A stretch of 64,000 bases of DNA, taken from the NCBI RefSeq assembly GCF_009914755.1, contig NC_060942.1. One strand, given 5' to 3'. Shown here piece by piece: positions 40,990 through 53,064 of this stretch. The translations under genes were made by a program, and so were the position numbers. Positions within the stretch are counted from its first letter, which is position 1. Each line of letters begins with the position of its first letter. This DNA is from the human T2T-CHM13v2.0 reference genome, Homo sapiens. The notes under the pieces are model-generated. The model saw nothing but the letters and a program-made list of their open reading frames with translations, was not told the DNA's origin and did no database searches.

Positions 40990-41492
40990 GTCTTCATAGT
41001 AGAAGGATTTATGCACATGTATGTTTGTTGTGGCACTATTCACAATAGCGACGACTTGGAACCAACCCAAATGTCCATCAATAATAGACTGGATAAAGAA
41101 ACTGTGGCACATATACACCATGGAATACTATGCAGCTCTAAAAAAGGATGAGTTCATGTCCTTTGCAGGAACATGAATGAAACTGGAAACCATCATTCTC
41201 AGCAAACTATCACAAGAACAGAAAACCTAACACCACATGTTCTCACTCGTAAGTAGGAGTTGAACAATGAGAACAACATGAACCTAGGGAGGAGAACATC
41301 ACACACTGGGGCCTGTTAGGGGGTGGGGGTCTAGGGGAGGGATAGCATTAGGAGAAATACCTAATGTATGTGACAGGGTGATGAGTGCAGCAAACCACCA
41401 TGGCACGTGTATACCTATGTAAGAAGCCTGCACGTTCTGCACATGTACCCCAGAAATTAAAGTATAATAATAATAATAAATTCTACAATGAA
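40990..41492 (+). mobile_element. 5'-truncated L1PA with a short 5' inversion and 17-bp TSD
   Basis: atgcacatgtatgtttgttgtggcactattcacaatagc...gcacatgtaccccagaaattaaagtataata; TSD aaaaaggaaataaatgt at 40973-40989 and 41493-41509. Confidence 0.93.
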
Positions 41493-41517
41493 AAAAAGGA
41501 AATAAATGTATTCCTTT

Positions 41518-41810
41518 GGCTGGGCACAGTGTCTCATGCCTGTAATCCCAGCACTTGGAGAGGCCGAAGCAGGCGGATCACTTGAGGTCAGGAGTTTCTG
41601 ACCAGCCTGGCGAACATGGTGAAACCCTGTCTCTACTAAAAATACAAAAATTAGCCAGGCATGGTGGTGCATGCCTGTAATCCCAGGTACTTGGGTGCCT
41701 GAGGCAGGAGAATCACTTGAACTCAGGAGGCGGAGGTTGCAGTGAGACGAGATCGGGCCACTGCACTCCAGCCTGGGCGACAGAGCAAGACTCAGTCTCA
41801 AAAAAAATAA
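41518..41810 (+). mobile_element. Alu SINE (AluSx/Sz-like)
   Basis: ggctgggcacagtgtctcatgcctgtaatccc...cacttgaggtcaggag...ctgggcgacagagcaagactc. Confidence 0.95.
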
Positions 41811-43744
41811 AATATTCCTACATTCACATAACATTTGTTAGAATACTGGCAGCACAATTTTATGACAACTACTTCACTAAGATTTAGAAGACCTGGTCTG
41901 ACTCAGAACAACTGAGGCCACTTACCTAACCTGTCTGTACCTCTGTTAACTCATTCCTAAAATGGTGAGGCCTGGACAAGACGGTTTGTAAGATAATTTT
42001 CAGCTCTAACATTTTGTGACTATATATTTATGCAGATTCTACTTGTAAAAGACACGCTGTTAGATGCCACAGAGACAAACATGCAAAGACATGATCTGTA
42101 CCTCGTTCTGTTTACAGTATTATTGCTTGGCTGTATTTCCAAACTTCCATCATAGGCTACTTTGATTAGGCATCAAATTTCTATCTTTCTTTAACTCTCT
42201 TTGATGTTTAGAGGTTCTTAGACAAATGGGGATCAGTACCATATGCACAGGCTTTGCCTAAACATCTTTATATTCACCTTCACTCTGTGTGTCTTGTGCA
42301 GCCATGGTTTTCTTGGCACCCAACACCATCAGGGGCTCTCTAAACAAGGACTATGTTGGCCTGCCCTGCTGTGTCTTGGGAATTCTATAATATAGCTTAA
42401 TTCTTGCCCCCGGAGTGGATTCCTTCTCCTCTCTTCTCCCTCAAGAACAAGCGTCCTGGCCTACAGCCTGCAGCCTGGGGACTGGCGACCTGCTTGAAAA
42501 TCTGTGCATGTCGGACCTGTCAGCATCCAGGCTGGGGAAAACAGGCTGCCCTTGAGCAGAACAGCTTTGCTAATCAATCACGCTTCAGGAAAGTGGGTGG
42601 TTTGTATGTGAGGCCCACTTTGCCAGGACCAAGCCCCTTACGAAAACGTCTGAGTGTGAATTAAAAGAAAGAAAACAGTCTACCTTCTGCATCCATTGCG
42701 GGAGGGCCAGACAAGGTTTTATTTAAAAAAACTCCTCTTTTCTGAAGTCTGAAAGCAAGACCCTGGGCTTAAAGAGAATTCCTCCGTCAAGATTTACTAG
42801 AGGCTATGATCAGGAGATGGAGCTCTCAACCTGGATGCCAATGACATGTGTAAAACAAGAGAAAACTTCAGGGAGGTTCCCCACCTATTCAGAAATTAGA
42901 AATTAACTACTTATATATTTTTAAAAAGAGCCTCCTGAGGTGATATCATATATGATTGTGATTGTACTAGCAAAGCAATTAGCAAGTTGAGCACATGTAT
43001 ATCTTTAGAAGCTAAGCCAGATACAAGATACAAGTCCCTACTAGTAAGATGCGATTAATGGGACAACGTCAAGTTTATTGTCACAGGGCTGGGTATATAT
43101 TCTGGCTATTACTTGTTAGTTGGGGCAAGTTAGGTAACTTCTCTAAGCCTTTAAATACATTCATACATATGCACACGCACACACACACACACATACACAC
43201 ACATAATGGGGCCAATTATACTTTCAACTCATAGAATTGTTCTGAGAATTGAGATACTAAAAGCAAACTAAGTGTTTCTATGCTGTAAACACAACAGAAA
43301 TGTAAAGTATTGTTATAACAGACATACTTGTATTTCTTCAAATAATGTACACATTACTTTACTCAAAATTATTTGATTTCTATTCTAGCTTTCATGTTTT
43401 TTGTTATTTTAGGAGTGAGTTTCTAATTAATTCAGTTTATATGCATTTCCTATCTAAAGTCTTTTCACATTTTCAAAGCTCCTGCACGAGTGACAGAAAA
43501 ACACAAGCTTAAAATATCTAGAGAAACAGCACCACAGAAATAGGATAGATAGATAATTGAGAAGGCATCTGCCCTCTATCCAGCACAGGGTCAGTACTAC
43601 TTCTGGTACTTACCCTGCTCACATATGAACTGACTAATATACAAGATTATCTATTGGAGCATTATCTGCAATACCAAAAGACTGGAAATAAACAGGTGTC
43701 CATCATCAGGGGCTGGTTAATTACTCCATGGGTAGTAAATAGTT

Positions 43745-44190
43745 ACATAATGACATCTAATGAATTTCTCATCCTGAAATTGCTTCCACATTGACTCTGG
43801 GCTTGGCCCCATGACCTGCTTTTGCCAATGGAACATTAACCAATGGGATTCAAGTAGAAGCTTAATAAAACCTCCACAGCGGGGCCAACCCCTCTCTGTT
43901 TTTGTGGGACCCAGTCGCCATATGAAGCAGCTGGGGCTGGTTTACTCAAGGCACATATTCCAACTGAGGTCAGACTCTCCCAACAACCTGCTAGTGAGGC
44001 CATCTTAGACCATCTAGCCCCAAATAATCACATCCATATGAACAAATCCAGGCAAAAGCAGCAGTAAAAAACCCTTGGCAGATCTCAGGCCAAATAGTTC
44101 ACCCATAGAATTATGACTAATAAAAGGGTTGTTGTTTTAAACCACTATGTTATGGAGTAATCTGTTATGCAGCTAATTGATAACTGGCAC
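43745..44190 (+). mobile_element. MLT1-type (ERVL-MaLR) solo LTR inserted into an L1ME fragment
   Basis: gactctgggcttggccccatgacctgcttttgccaatggaacatta...aataaaagggttgttgttttaaaccactatgttatggagtaatctgttatgcagctaattgataactg; L1M-like flanks at 43625-43735 and 44190-44600. Confidence 0.8.
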
Positions 44191-44744
44191 ACTCTGATAT
44201 CTCCAAAACGATGCAATACTAGGAAGTATTATACTACCTAGGAAGAAAGGAAAAGCATGCATTCTATGTACTGACATGGTACATCTCAAGATGTACCATG
44301 ATAAGATCTTACATGGTAAAATCTCAAGATATACTGTTAAATTAACAGGGCAAACAGTAAGCTGCCTTTTGTGTAAGAAAGGGAAAATTTTAAAATGTGT
44401 ATATGTTATTTTGCATGGATGGGCGCTGGATATATACTCAAGAAATTAATAGACAATGGTTCCTTATTCTGATGGAAGAGCGAGTAGTGAATTGGGTGGA
44501 TGGGGACGGAGGTGCTAGCGAGACTTTCCAATAAACACCTTTCTAAACTGTTCCAGTATAGGAACCATGTGACTAATACCTATGCAAATAAGTATTTTGA
44601 AAAAGGGAAAAATAAGGCTAATACAAGATAGAAATGACAAAGCTTGAAAAAGTTGAATTTCAAACTGACGATTATAATTCTGCTATGCAACCATCCTTCA
44701 TCAACAACAGCCTTCCTTTGAACCGGAATAATCGTTTCTTTGTA

Positions 44745-44905
44745 ACACATATGATTATTTGTACACCTGGCTGTCTTCCCTGCTAGATTGTAAGTGCTTT
44801 AAAAGCAGGGACCATATCTCATGCATCTTTGTCTCTTCAGCAAGTGGCAAGCATCTTGCCGGGCACAGAAGAAAGCCTTGCTCAATAACTGTTTGTTGAG
44901 TCAAA
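44745..44905 (+). mobile_element. L2 3' end
   Basis: ctgtcttccctgctagattgtaagtgctttaaaagcagggaccatatct...ctcaataactgtttgttgag. Confidence 0.75.
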
Positions 44906-46997
44906 AAAATAAACAAAAACATTCGGACCTCACTAACAGTGTCTGTTGTTAATGCTGATGAGTTCAATAAAATCTTCAACAGCCTAGCTTCTATCTGTAC
45001 ACATCCTCCACACACCATCTTTCAGGAAAATGGTGAGCATTCCTCATGATCTGGGCTCATGAATGTACTCTGAACTACTGGGGAGAGTATATACAAAAGC
45101 TAAATTCGAACACTACGAAAAGAAAAATGCAAAACAACCTCCTCTATTTAAAAAAACAACAACATTTGACTAGAGGGGGTCTAGAAAAAGAAAAGAAGAA
45201 GGATCTTTTATTATTTCTCATAAGTAACACATTTGACTACTGTGGTTGGAATAAGCAGCCCCGCTCCCACCCCCTGCTTGCAAAGCAAACTAAGCCACCC
45301 GAATAAGTGGACCATGGGGATATAGAGGCAGAAAACTCCCGGCCCCATCCCCAGGCCTCCAGAGAATTTGACACTCAAGCCACGGTGGAGAGGTTTTCTG
45401 TTATGAGTTTAGCATTTCTAAGAAAGAGGAGACCACAGGCTTTCCCTGTAGTCCATTTCAAGAGTCTGATAGCTCTCACTGGAAATCTTCACTTCCTTTG
45501 AACTTGTACCTTCCTGCTGTGCCTCAGGCCTCTCCCTCTTCTGAGAGTTCTTGTCTCCATGTCTGATCCCTGTGAAAGTGCAGGCATTTAAGGAGGAGGT
45601 CTGGGCCCCCTTCACGGTGGTGTCCACACCTCTCCCAGGGGGATGTGCTCGGTAAGTGTGCATGCAGCACCATCTCAGCCCTGTGCATCCTGGACCGCAC
45701 CAACAAACAGCACCACACAGCTTGGGGACCATGTCCAGATTCACACGCAGACGATAAGCACCGTGGCCAATACCCAAGCGTTAGATAATTAAAGGTCCCT
45801 CCAAGGATAAACACAAGTAAGAGTGGAAGCAAAGGAAGTGCACACGCTTGTCTCAAGAAAGACAGGGCATGTAGCCTTTTCCCTAGGATCTCTCATCATC
45901 TTCGCTTCTCTTTCTCACATCAAATGATGCCAATTCTTTAACTTTCCTAGGTTCCATTTCCCAATGCTTTCATCAGTTTCACTGTCTTCTGCGAGGCTGA
46001 ATTTCCCTAATTAAGGGCAGTGGGAGACGCTCCACATTTGGAGTCCCTGTGAGGCAGCAAAGATGGAGAGCTGAGACTGACCATCCAGAATCCAGGTGTG
46101 CCTTCGCCACACAGAACAACAAGCATCGTTGATGCCTCTAGTAAGTGCCAGGTGTTGGGTTAGATGCTGTTGGAGATATAAAAGGTGGAGACATCATCTC
46201 TGTCACTTAATGAGAGTGACACTGATCGGACAGGATTTAAAGAAGGGGACTCTGGTGTGGGTGGGAAGAGCACAGTGGGAGGGTTGGGGCAGGGGCACGG
46301 CCTTGGGACTAGAGTAGGTGGAGGCAGTGGGGCGGGGAGGAGGAAAAGAAGGAAGGAAGAGGCCGGTCAGAGGAAGCCCAAAAGTGGATTCCTGGACACA
46401 CAGTAAAAAGGGGAGGACGACTTAAAGACGGTTTCCAGATGTGGGGGTCTGGGGAGAAGGGAAGCTTTTACAGCTGCTGACAGAGGCTGACAGATGCAGA
46501 GAGGGCTCGTGGTGAGCTGGCTGAATTCGGGGTAAACAAGAGGAGATTTCATGCTTCACCTCAGATGAGGAAATAGGACTAGGAATACAGTTTTATGATT
46601 GAAGCCGTGACAGAAAAGCCTTTCCAAAGGAGCACAGTGGAGGAGAGAACTGGAGAAGAGGCACGGAGACCGCCAGGCGTTCCAGGTGCAGGCGGCAGGA
46701 GGGAGCCCAGGATGCCGGCAGAGCGAGCCTTGGTCTGTGAACCCCAGGGCCGATGGGCACCGGCTCATCTAATTCATTTGTGTACAGATCCACAAAACTG
46801 CACCTGGCTGTGGCCGTCAGTAAGTGCTATATAAATGCTTCATAAGTGTTTGTTGAAGGAAGTTGAAATGTAGTCGTCAGAAGAGTGAGAGGGAAACCAG
46901 CGACAGAGCCTTGTAAGTCTAAGAAAAAGAATTCAAAGATGGTCAAGAGCTAACATTGCACAGGGAATTACAGTATTTCCGGAAGACCAAGGGCAAC

Positions 46998-47099
46998 TCT
47001 GATTGTTCCAGACTGCCTGGGAGCACCAGAGTCTGATTGTTCCAGACTGCCTGGGAGCACCAGAGTCTGATTGTTCCAGACTGCCTGGGAGCACCAGAG
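46998..47099. repeat. Minisatellite: 3 identical copies of 34 bp
   Basis: tctgattgttccagactgcctgggagcaccagag at 46998, 47032 and 47066. Confidence 0.97.
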
Positions 47100-47929
47100 G
47101 TCTGGGTGGGGGCAGGAGTCAGTCCACCTGGAACTTCTGCCTCCAGTGCACTGAGTCTGCACGGACCACCAGGGCTGACACTGCCTTACTTAATATGGGG
47201 GTGGGGGAAGTCCCTGCGATATATAATGGTCTCAATTTAAATTCTGTGCTGTTTTTATTTTAGCTGTGTAATTTGGAAACTTCAAATAAAAAGCCTGAAA
47301 GGAAAGTTGGACTATTTAAGCTTACACAGACTCTATTAATGCTATATGGTTATTCTACCCCTGACTTTGGAAGAAGGAGAAACTGGCATGGGAATACACT
47401 TTTCTAAAAAAAATACTATTTAAAAATATGAAAGTTTATTTAACATCTAAGGAAAGGTACTTAATTAGAGGGACACTCAACAAGAAGAATTGAGGATCTA
47501 AGTAAATAGTCCCCATCTGCTCCTGGTCCTACCACCTGGCGATTACTTCCTCTTCTTCTCTGATAGATTTTAGCCAACCAATTTTGTTTTATTTGTGCAA
47601 GTTGAGAGGCCACCTGTTATGGAATATACTTCCACATTAAACAAAGTGAACATTTCCTATTTCTGTGCTTCCCATATGATTTTTAAAACACAAAGCACTC
47701 ACTTTCACCTTAAACAGATTTAAGAAATGCTGACTCTGATGAACAGGTATAAACAAGGCAATCTTTTGTTTATGAAAATTGTTAACGACCTACCCACAGA
47801 AAGACATGCCCTGCGCCACACTGTACCCCCCACCCCCGCCCACCCGGCTCCCCGATGCTGGTGAATTAATCTATCCACACGTTTTTGCTCATTTCCCTGG
47901 CTGTTACCAGCTGAAGTGAAGAAAAGACA

Positions 47930-49400
47930 TTTTACAAGGGGACATGGTATATTTGTGCTAAAACAGGCACCACACAAATCCAGAGAAAGGAGCCAAAAGG
48001 AAATACCAGGCAGAGGGAACAGCGTGGATAAAGGCAAAGCTGAGAAGAGGGTAAGTGTTTCGTGTTGGGGGATGGTGTATCTGGGGGCTGGGGGGAGTGG
48101 GGTACAGTGTATTGGGTTGAGGATTTATAGCCAGGAAAACTGGAAATAAAGGGGAAGGAGACTTTGTGAAGGGTTTTAACTATCGGGCTAAGGAAAGCTG
48201 CATTGTTCCTAACAACTGGGCACCAGTGGAAGTTTAGAGCCAGGAATATAATTGTCACAGAGGTGCTTTGGACTGAATAATACTGTGGCTGTAGGCAGCT
48301 CTGGGTTGGGGGTTGGGAGGTACAAGCCTCCAGGAATCCACTGCAGCAGTGTGGGCCCTGCCACGTTGTCCTGAACAAAGTGCTATGGGGATGGACACAA
48401 ACATGAAGTGAAAACTCCAGAGATCACCTGACCTCCACGTGCCACTGCTCTGACTGCTGGACCACAGTGATGTTTGGGGTCTCCTGGAATTAGTGTCAGC
48501 TCAGAGCCAGTCACCAGTAGTCCCCAAAAGGTCTGATTAATTCCTTTTCCCCAGTGCACAGTCACCCTGGCAAAAGGCTATAGGTCCCTTTGGGGAAGGC
48601 TGGGAGAAAAAGCAACAGTATTAATTCTTGACAGTGTGGTAGGGTCCTTCGTCAAGGAGACCCGGCCTCCTCTTCATTCAAGGGCTTCTGGGTCGGTAAA
48701 TTGGTGCAAGTGTGTGAATTGATCGAGGGGCCGTGACTCTCTGTTTTCAGGGTGCAAGTTGGGCTTTTGTTCCCTTCACCTAGAACTCCTCCACTTATAC
48801 AGACCAAGTAAGGGTTTAGTAGATGTCCGCCTATGTCATTTCTAGGAACGCCATGAGGACAGGGTTGGAAGTGGGGGAAATGAAGTGTTAGTCTGTGTAC
48901 GGATACAAAGAAAGTGAGATGATGGAACTGAAGATGACTAAGATGTGGGGAGCCAGGACTAGTGGTTCCCATTGGCAGGTGGTCTCCTAACTGGCAATGC
49001 TAGGGAGAAGTGTATAAATCCTCAACCCAATACACTGTACCCAATACACTGTTAGTGGCGGAGGGAGAGGCAGAGCTTGGTTTGAAATGGTGGGGGATTC
49101 TCCAAGGTGGCATGGACATACAGGATGGAAATGGGAGACGTGTCAGGCCTGGAGATATGGGTTTTGGAACAACCTGCATTAAAATTGGAAGGATTAGAGA
49201 GAGTAGGTGAGATCTCCGAGACAGAGGAAACAGAGCGAGGAAGCTAAGACCTAGGCTGGGGCAAATGTCTGAATTTACCTGAGTGGGGGAAGACAGAGAA
49301 GCTGGCATGTTGGACAGAGATGACTGGTCACCAAGACAGAAGGAAGAATCAGGCCGTTTAACAGGATCAAGAGGGTCTAGTGTTTAAAGAGAGATCTTTC
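47930..49400 (-). mobile_element. Diverged L2 interrupted by an ERV-L fragment
   Basis: ccaggcagagggaacagcgtggataaaggc (~48005) and ggcctggagatatgggttttggaacaacctgcat (~49145) are L2-like motifs on either side of the ERV-L piece. Confidence 0.6.
48410..48860 (-). mobile_element. ERV-L (HERVL/ERVL-int-like) gag-protease junction fragment, defective
   Basis: The minus strand translates as ...RESRPLDQFTHLHQFTDPEALE*RGGRVSLTKDPTTL...SPSLPQRDL*PFARVTVHWGKGINQTFWGLLVTGSELTLIPGDPKHHCGP...GGQVISGV, recognisable as ERV-L protease (LLDTGSELTLIPGDP in intact copies). Confidence 0.88.
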
Positions 49401-50552
49401 CAACTGCTACAGGAAAGTAAAATGTTATGGCTCCAGACACCTGCTGAAATTGGTGCATGATCCCCTCAAAGACAGTGTTTCCTTAAAAACCTGGGAAAAG
49501 AAGAGCCCCTGGTGTGGTGGAGGGTGGCAGTAGGGACAGTTGGGAGTGAAGCTGTGCAGTCAGGAAGAAACCATCCAGCTTGAGGAAGCTAAAGACATGG
49601 GGAGGAGACACAGTGCAGACCAAAGGAGCAGCCAAGCTAAAGGCAACTTTTTTCTAGGACTTCGGGGTCCTAAGTAAACTTGTGGGCAGTGAACATGCTG
49701 GAAGTGTCTGGACTGTTCAGGTGGAGAACAGGCAGTACAAGGGACGAAAAGCAAATGTCCAGATGGCGATTAGTGGAGGCCTTGGGGGTGGAAGATCTCA
49801 GGGCTCACCCCTGTGGTTATCATCTTAGTGAGGGGGCTAGTGTGGACTTCAGGCCCAAGGAAGAATAATATTTTATTCTTTACAAAATAGTGCATGAAAG
49901 ATTAGCTCTGAGTCTTTATAATCTTATCATTGGCTTCAAATTTCAATCCCATATTATACTTTCCAAGTATATTTTGTTAAAATTTCCTTAATTCATAATA
50001 TTCTAATCAGCAATGAGTTTCTATCCACATGTCTATGAGCACATATATTAATTTAAAAATCTGCATTGCTCTTGTATGAATGAAATATAAAGAAACTGAA
50101 CTTCTAACGAATGAAAGACGCTGGATGAAAAGATAATATTTTATCTGAGTTTCAGTTCAGTCATATGTCTGAGAATGAGTTTATCTAGCCCATAAGCCTT
50201 CTGCTTTCCTTTCAGTTCTTTTTTTTCCACTGCCATTCATAGGTTTTTTAAAGATCTTTCCATTCACTTCTGCAGGACTCTGCTAAATAATGCTGGTTGC
50301 TTGCAGCTTAGCCCTACCCTGGAGATGTGGCTCCTCCTGGCAGTCCTGGCGACCCACACTTTGGACCCCATTCACCATCTCATTGTTCTGTGACCCACTT
50401 CTGACTTCTCCAGCCCTTTTCTTTATTTCATTTCACCTAAGCCCAAATAGCAAGTCTCACGCTCAAATCCTGCTCTGTCCTTGCTTTCCGCCCTGAATCT
50501 GTCCATTTGTCCTTTTGCAGCTTTTATTTCTTCCCATCTTTTTCTTTTCATT

Positions 50553-50847
50553 TCTTTTTTTTTTTTTTTTTTTTTTTTGAGACAGAGTCTCACTCTGTCA
50601 CCCAGGCTGGAGTGCAGTGGTGCGATCTTGGCTCACTGCAACCACCACCTCCTGGGTTCCAGCGATTCTCCCGAGTAGCTGGGACTACAGGTGGGCATCA
50701 CCACACCCAGCTAATTTTTGTATTTTCAGTAGAGACGGGATTTCACTATGTTGGCCAGGCTGGTCTCAAACTCCTGACCTCAAGTGACCTGCCTGTCTCA
50801 GCCTCCCAAGGTGCTGGGATTCCAGGTGTGACCCACCGCGCCTGGCC
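50553..50847 (-). mobile_element. Alu SINE (AluSx-like)
   Basis: T-tail then gagacagagtctcactctgtcacccaggctgg...aactcctgacctcaagtga...ccaccgcgcctggcc. Confidence 0.95.
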
Positions 50848-51535
50848 ATATTTATTTCCATCTTTCCAAAGACTGCAGAAATCTGCCACTTGAGAGAGGC
50901 TGGCCTTGTTTTCTCTCGACTCAAATCTCCTCCTGGTTTTCTAAGCTCATGAAAATCTCTATGTGACATTTTTTTATTTGCAGTTTTAAGCTATCTATAT
51001 ATTTTTAAGTCTTCACCTTTAAACCTTCACTGACTTCCCTTTGCAGGTGCACTGTCATTTTGGTAACTCAACACTGTCTGCATTTTATTTTGGTGCATGG
51101 GCGGGGGGCTCTGGCTTCGATTTAGTCCTTCAGACACATACAGTGAAATAAATAGGTACTCGACGATAGTATGTGTTGTTGCTGTGTAGTTCTTTTGCTC
51201 CTGAACAGCAAATACCATTGGACTTGGCATTGTCCTACTGTGGCTGCAAGCTGTGTCTCACCACAGCTAACGCCAGTGCAGAGGAGCCATGCCACGCAAA
51301 GGTCCCCTGCGGCAGCACCAGCCTGAAGCTCTTCAGTCATGAAAATCAGGGAACACGTCATTGATGACTGTCCTGGTCCTGGCACAGGTTTTACCAAAAT
51401 GCAATCAGGTTTCGCCAGAAATGCAGTCATGTGACTCCTTTCTTCTCTGAGGGAGGATGGTGTTCATGAATGCAATGGTAGCATATGACATTTTTAGTTG
51501 CCCCTAACCATGTGGCCCTAAAAATACTCCATTTA

Positions 51536-51852
51536 GGTCAGGTGTGGTGGCTCACGCCTGTAATCCCAGCACTTTGGGAGGCTGAGGCAGGTGGATCACA
51601 AGGTCAGGAGTTCGAGACCATCCTGGCCAACATGGTGAAACCCCGTCTCTACTAAAAATACAAAAATTAGCCGGGCGTGGTGGCGGGCGCCTGTAGTCCC
51701 AGCTACTCGGGAGGCTGAGGCGAGAGAGAATTGCTTGAACCCAGGAGGCAGAGGTTGCAGTGAGCCAAGAGCATGCCACTGCACTCCAGCCTGGGCAACA
51801 GAGCGAGACTCTGTCTCAAACAAACAAACAAACAACAACAACAAAAAAAACA
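51536..51852 (+). mobile_element. Alu SINE (AluSg/Sc-like) with TSD
   Basis: ggtcaggtgtggtggctcacgcctgtaatccc...; flanked by aaaa(t/a)actccatttag. Confidence 0.95.
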
Positions 51853-52084
51853 CAAAAAAACTCCATTTAGTAGCTTTGAAAATTCCAAGTTTCCTTTAAA
51901 GAAGGGAGGTAAGGAAGGAAATTATGATGCATTTAACAGCCACGTGAAGTAGACAGTCTCATTTTAGAGATCAGAAAACCAAGGGTAGAGAGTGAGTATC
52001 ACAATAGGTGGCCACAAGCCACAGTGGGAACTCAGGGAGCTTAGGTCAGGATTCCAAGCTTTCTCAAATAAAAGTTGCTACCTT

Positions 52085-52377
52085 GGCCGGGTGCGGTGGC
52101 TCACAACTGTAATCCCAGCACTTTGGGAGATCCAGGCGGGCGGATCACGAGGTCAGGAGTTCGAGAGCAGCCTGGCCAACATGGTGAAATCCTGTCTCTA
52201 CTAAAAATATAAAAAATTAGCCAGTCACAGTGGCACATGCCTGTAGTCCCAGTTACTCAGGAGGCTGAGGCAGGAGAATCACTTGAACCCAGAAAGCGGA
52301 GGTTGCAGTGAGCCGAGATCACACTGCTGCACTCCAGCCTGGGCAACGGAGCGAGACTCTGTCTCAAAAAACAAAAA
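52085..52377 (+). mobile_element. Alu SINE (AluSg-like) with TSD
   Basis: ggccgggtgcggtggctcac...ggatcacgaggtcaggagttcgag; TSD aaaagttgctacctt on both sides. Confidence 0.95.
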
Positions 52378-53015
52378 AAAGTTGCTACCTTTACACAAAG
52401 GATGAAAAAGTAGGAAAGAGACTGCAGGAAAGGAATGTGAGAGAGGAAAAACATAAAGAAATTTCAAATTTGTGAATACACCTTTCCCCTAACTCATGTG
52501 TTGTTCATGATTAGGACTAAGTGCTGAAGCCAGAGGTGACCCAAATTCTTAGGAGCAGAGGAGGACAGAGGCAGGCAGGTAGGCCGATTCCTGCTGGTTC
52601 TCTGTGTTACTTTTGCTCCCATAACCTCCCCTACATAGGTTGGTTTCAGATTCTCCAATAAAAATGTATGTTAAAACTGTAAAAACAATAAAACATGCAA
52701 ATCTCTTCCATTTGCAGCCAATTGTTACCATGCAGGTATTCTTCCTGGCAAATATTCAAATGTCACCAGCATCACGTGCTTAATATTATTTTAGTCAATA
52801 TGATTTGTGTCAAAATCACCTGAATTCAGTGATTGTTGGATCTCATTATCACCAATGTAGGTCCTCACACCACACCCCTCACTGCTGATGAACTCACAAG
52901 AAAGACTTCATACTTTAAGAACTAGTATTTTCTTAGAAAAGGAAGAAAAAAAGCAGTTCTCAGTAAAAGATAAACCACAGAGCAACTGGGTTCAGATGAG
53001 TTGTACACATTAAAC

Positions 53016-53064
53016 CACACACACACACACACACATAAACACACACACACACACACACACACAC
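53016..53064. repeat. Interrupted (CA)n microsatellite
   Basis: (ca)n taaa (ca)n read directly. Confidence 0.95.

Noticed and set aside
46998-47099. 34-bp repeats as a CRISPR array
   Set aside because: The units are head-to-tail with no spacers, there are no cas genes, and the context is primate DNA
48100-49042. Novel DNA transposon defined by 30-bp TIRs
   Set aside because: No TSD or transposase, and L2-like sequence appears to continue across both arms
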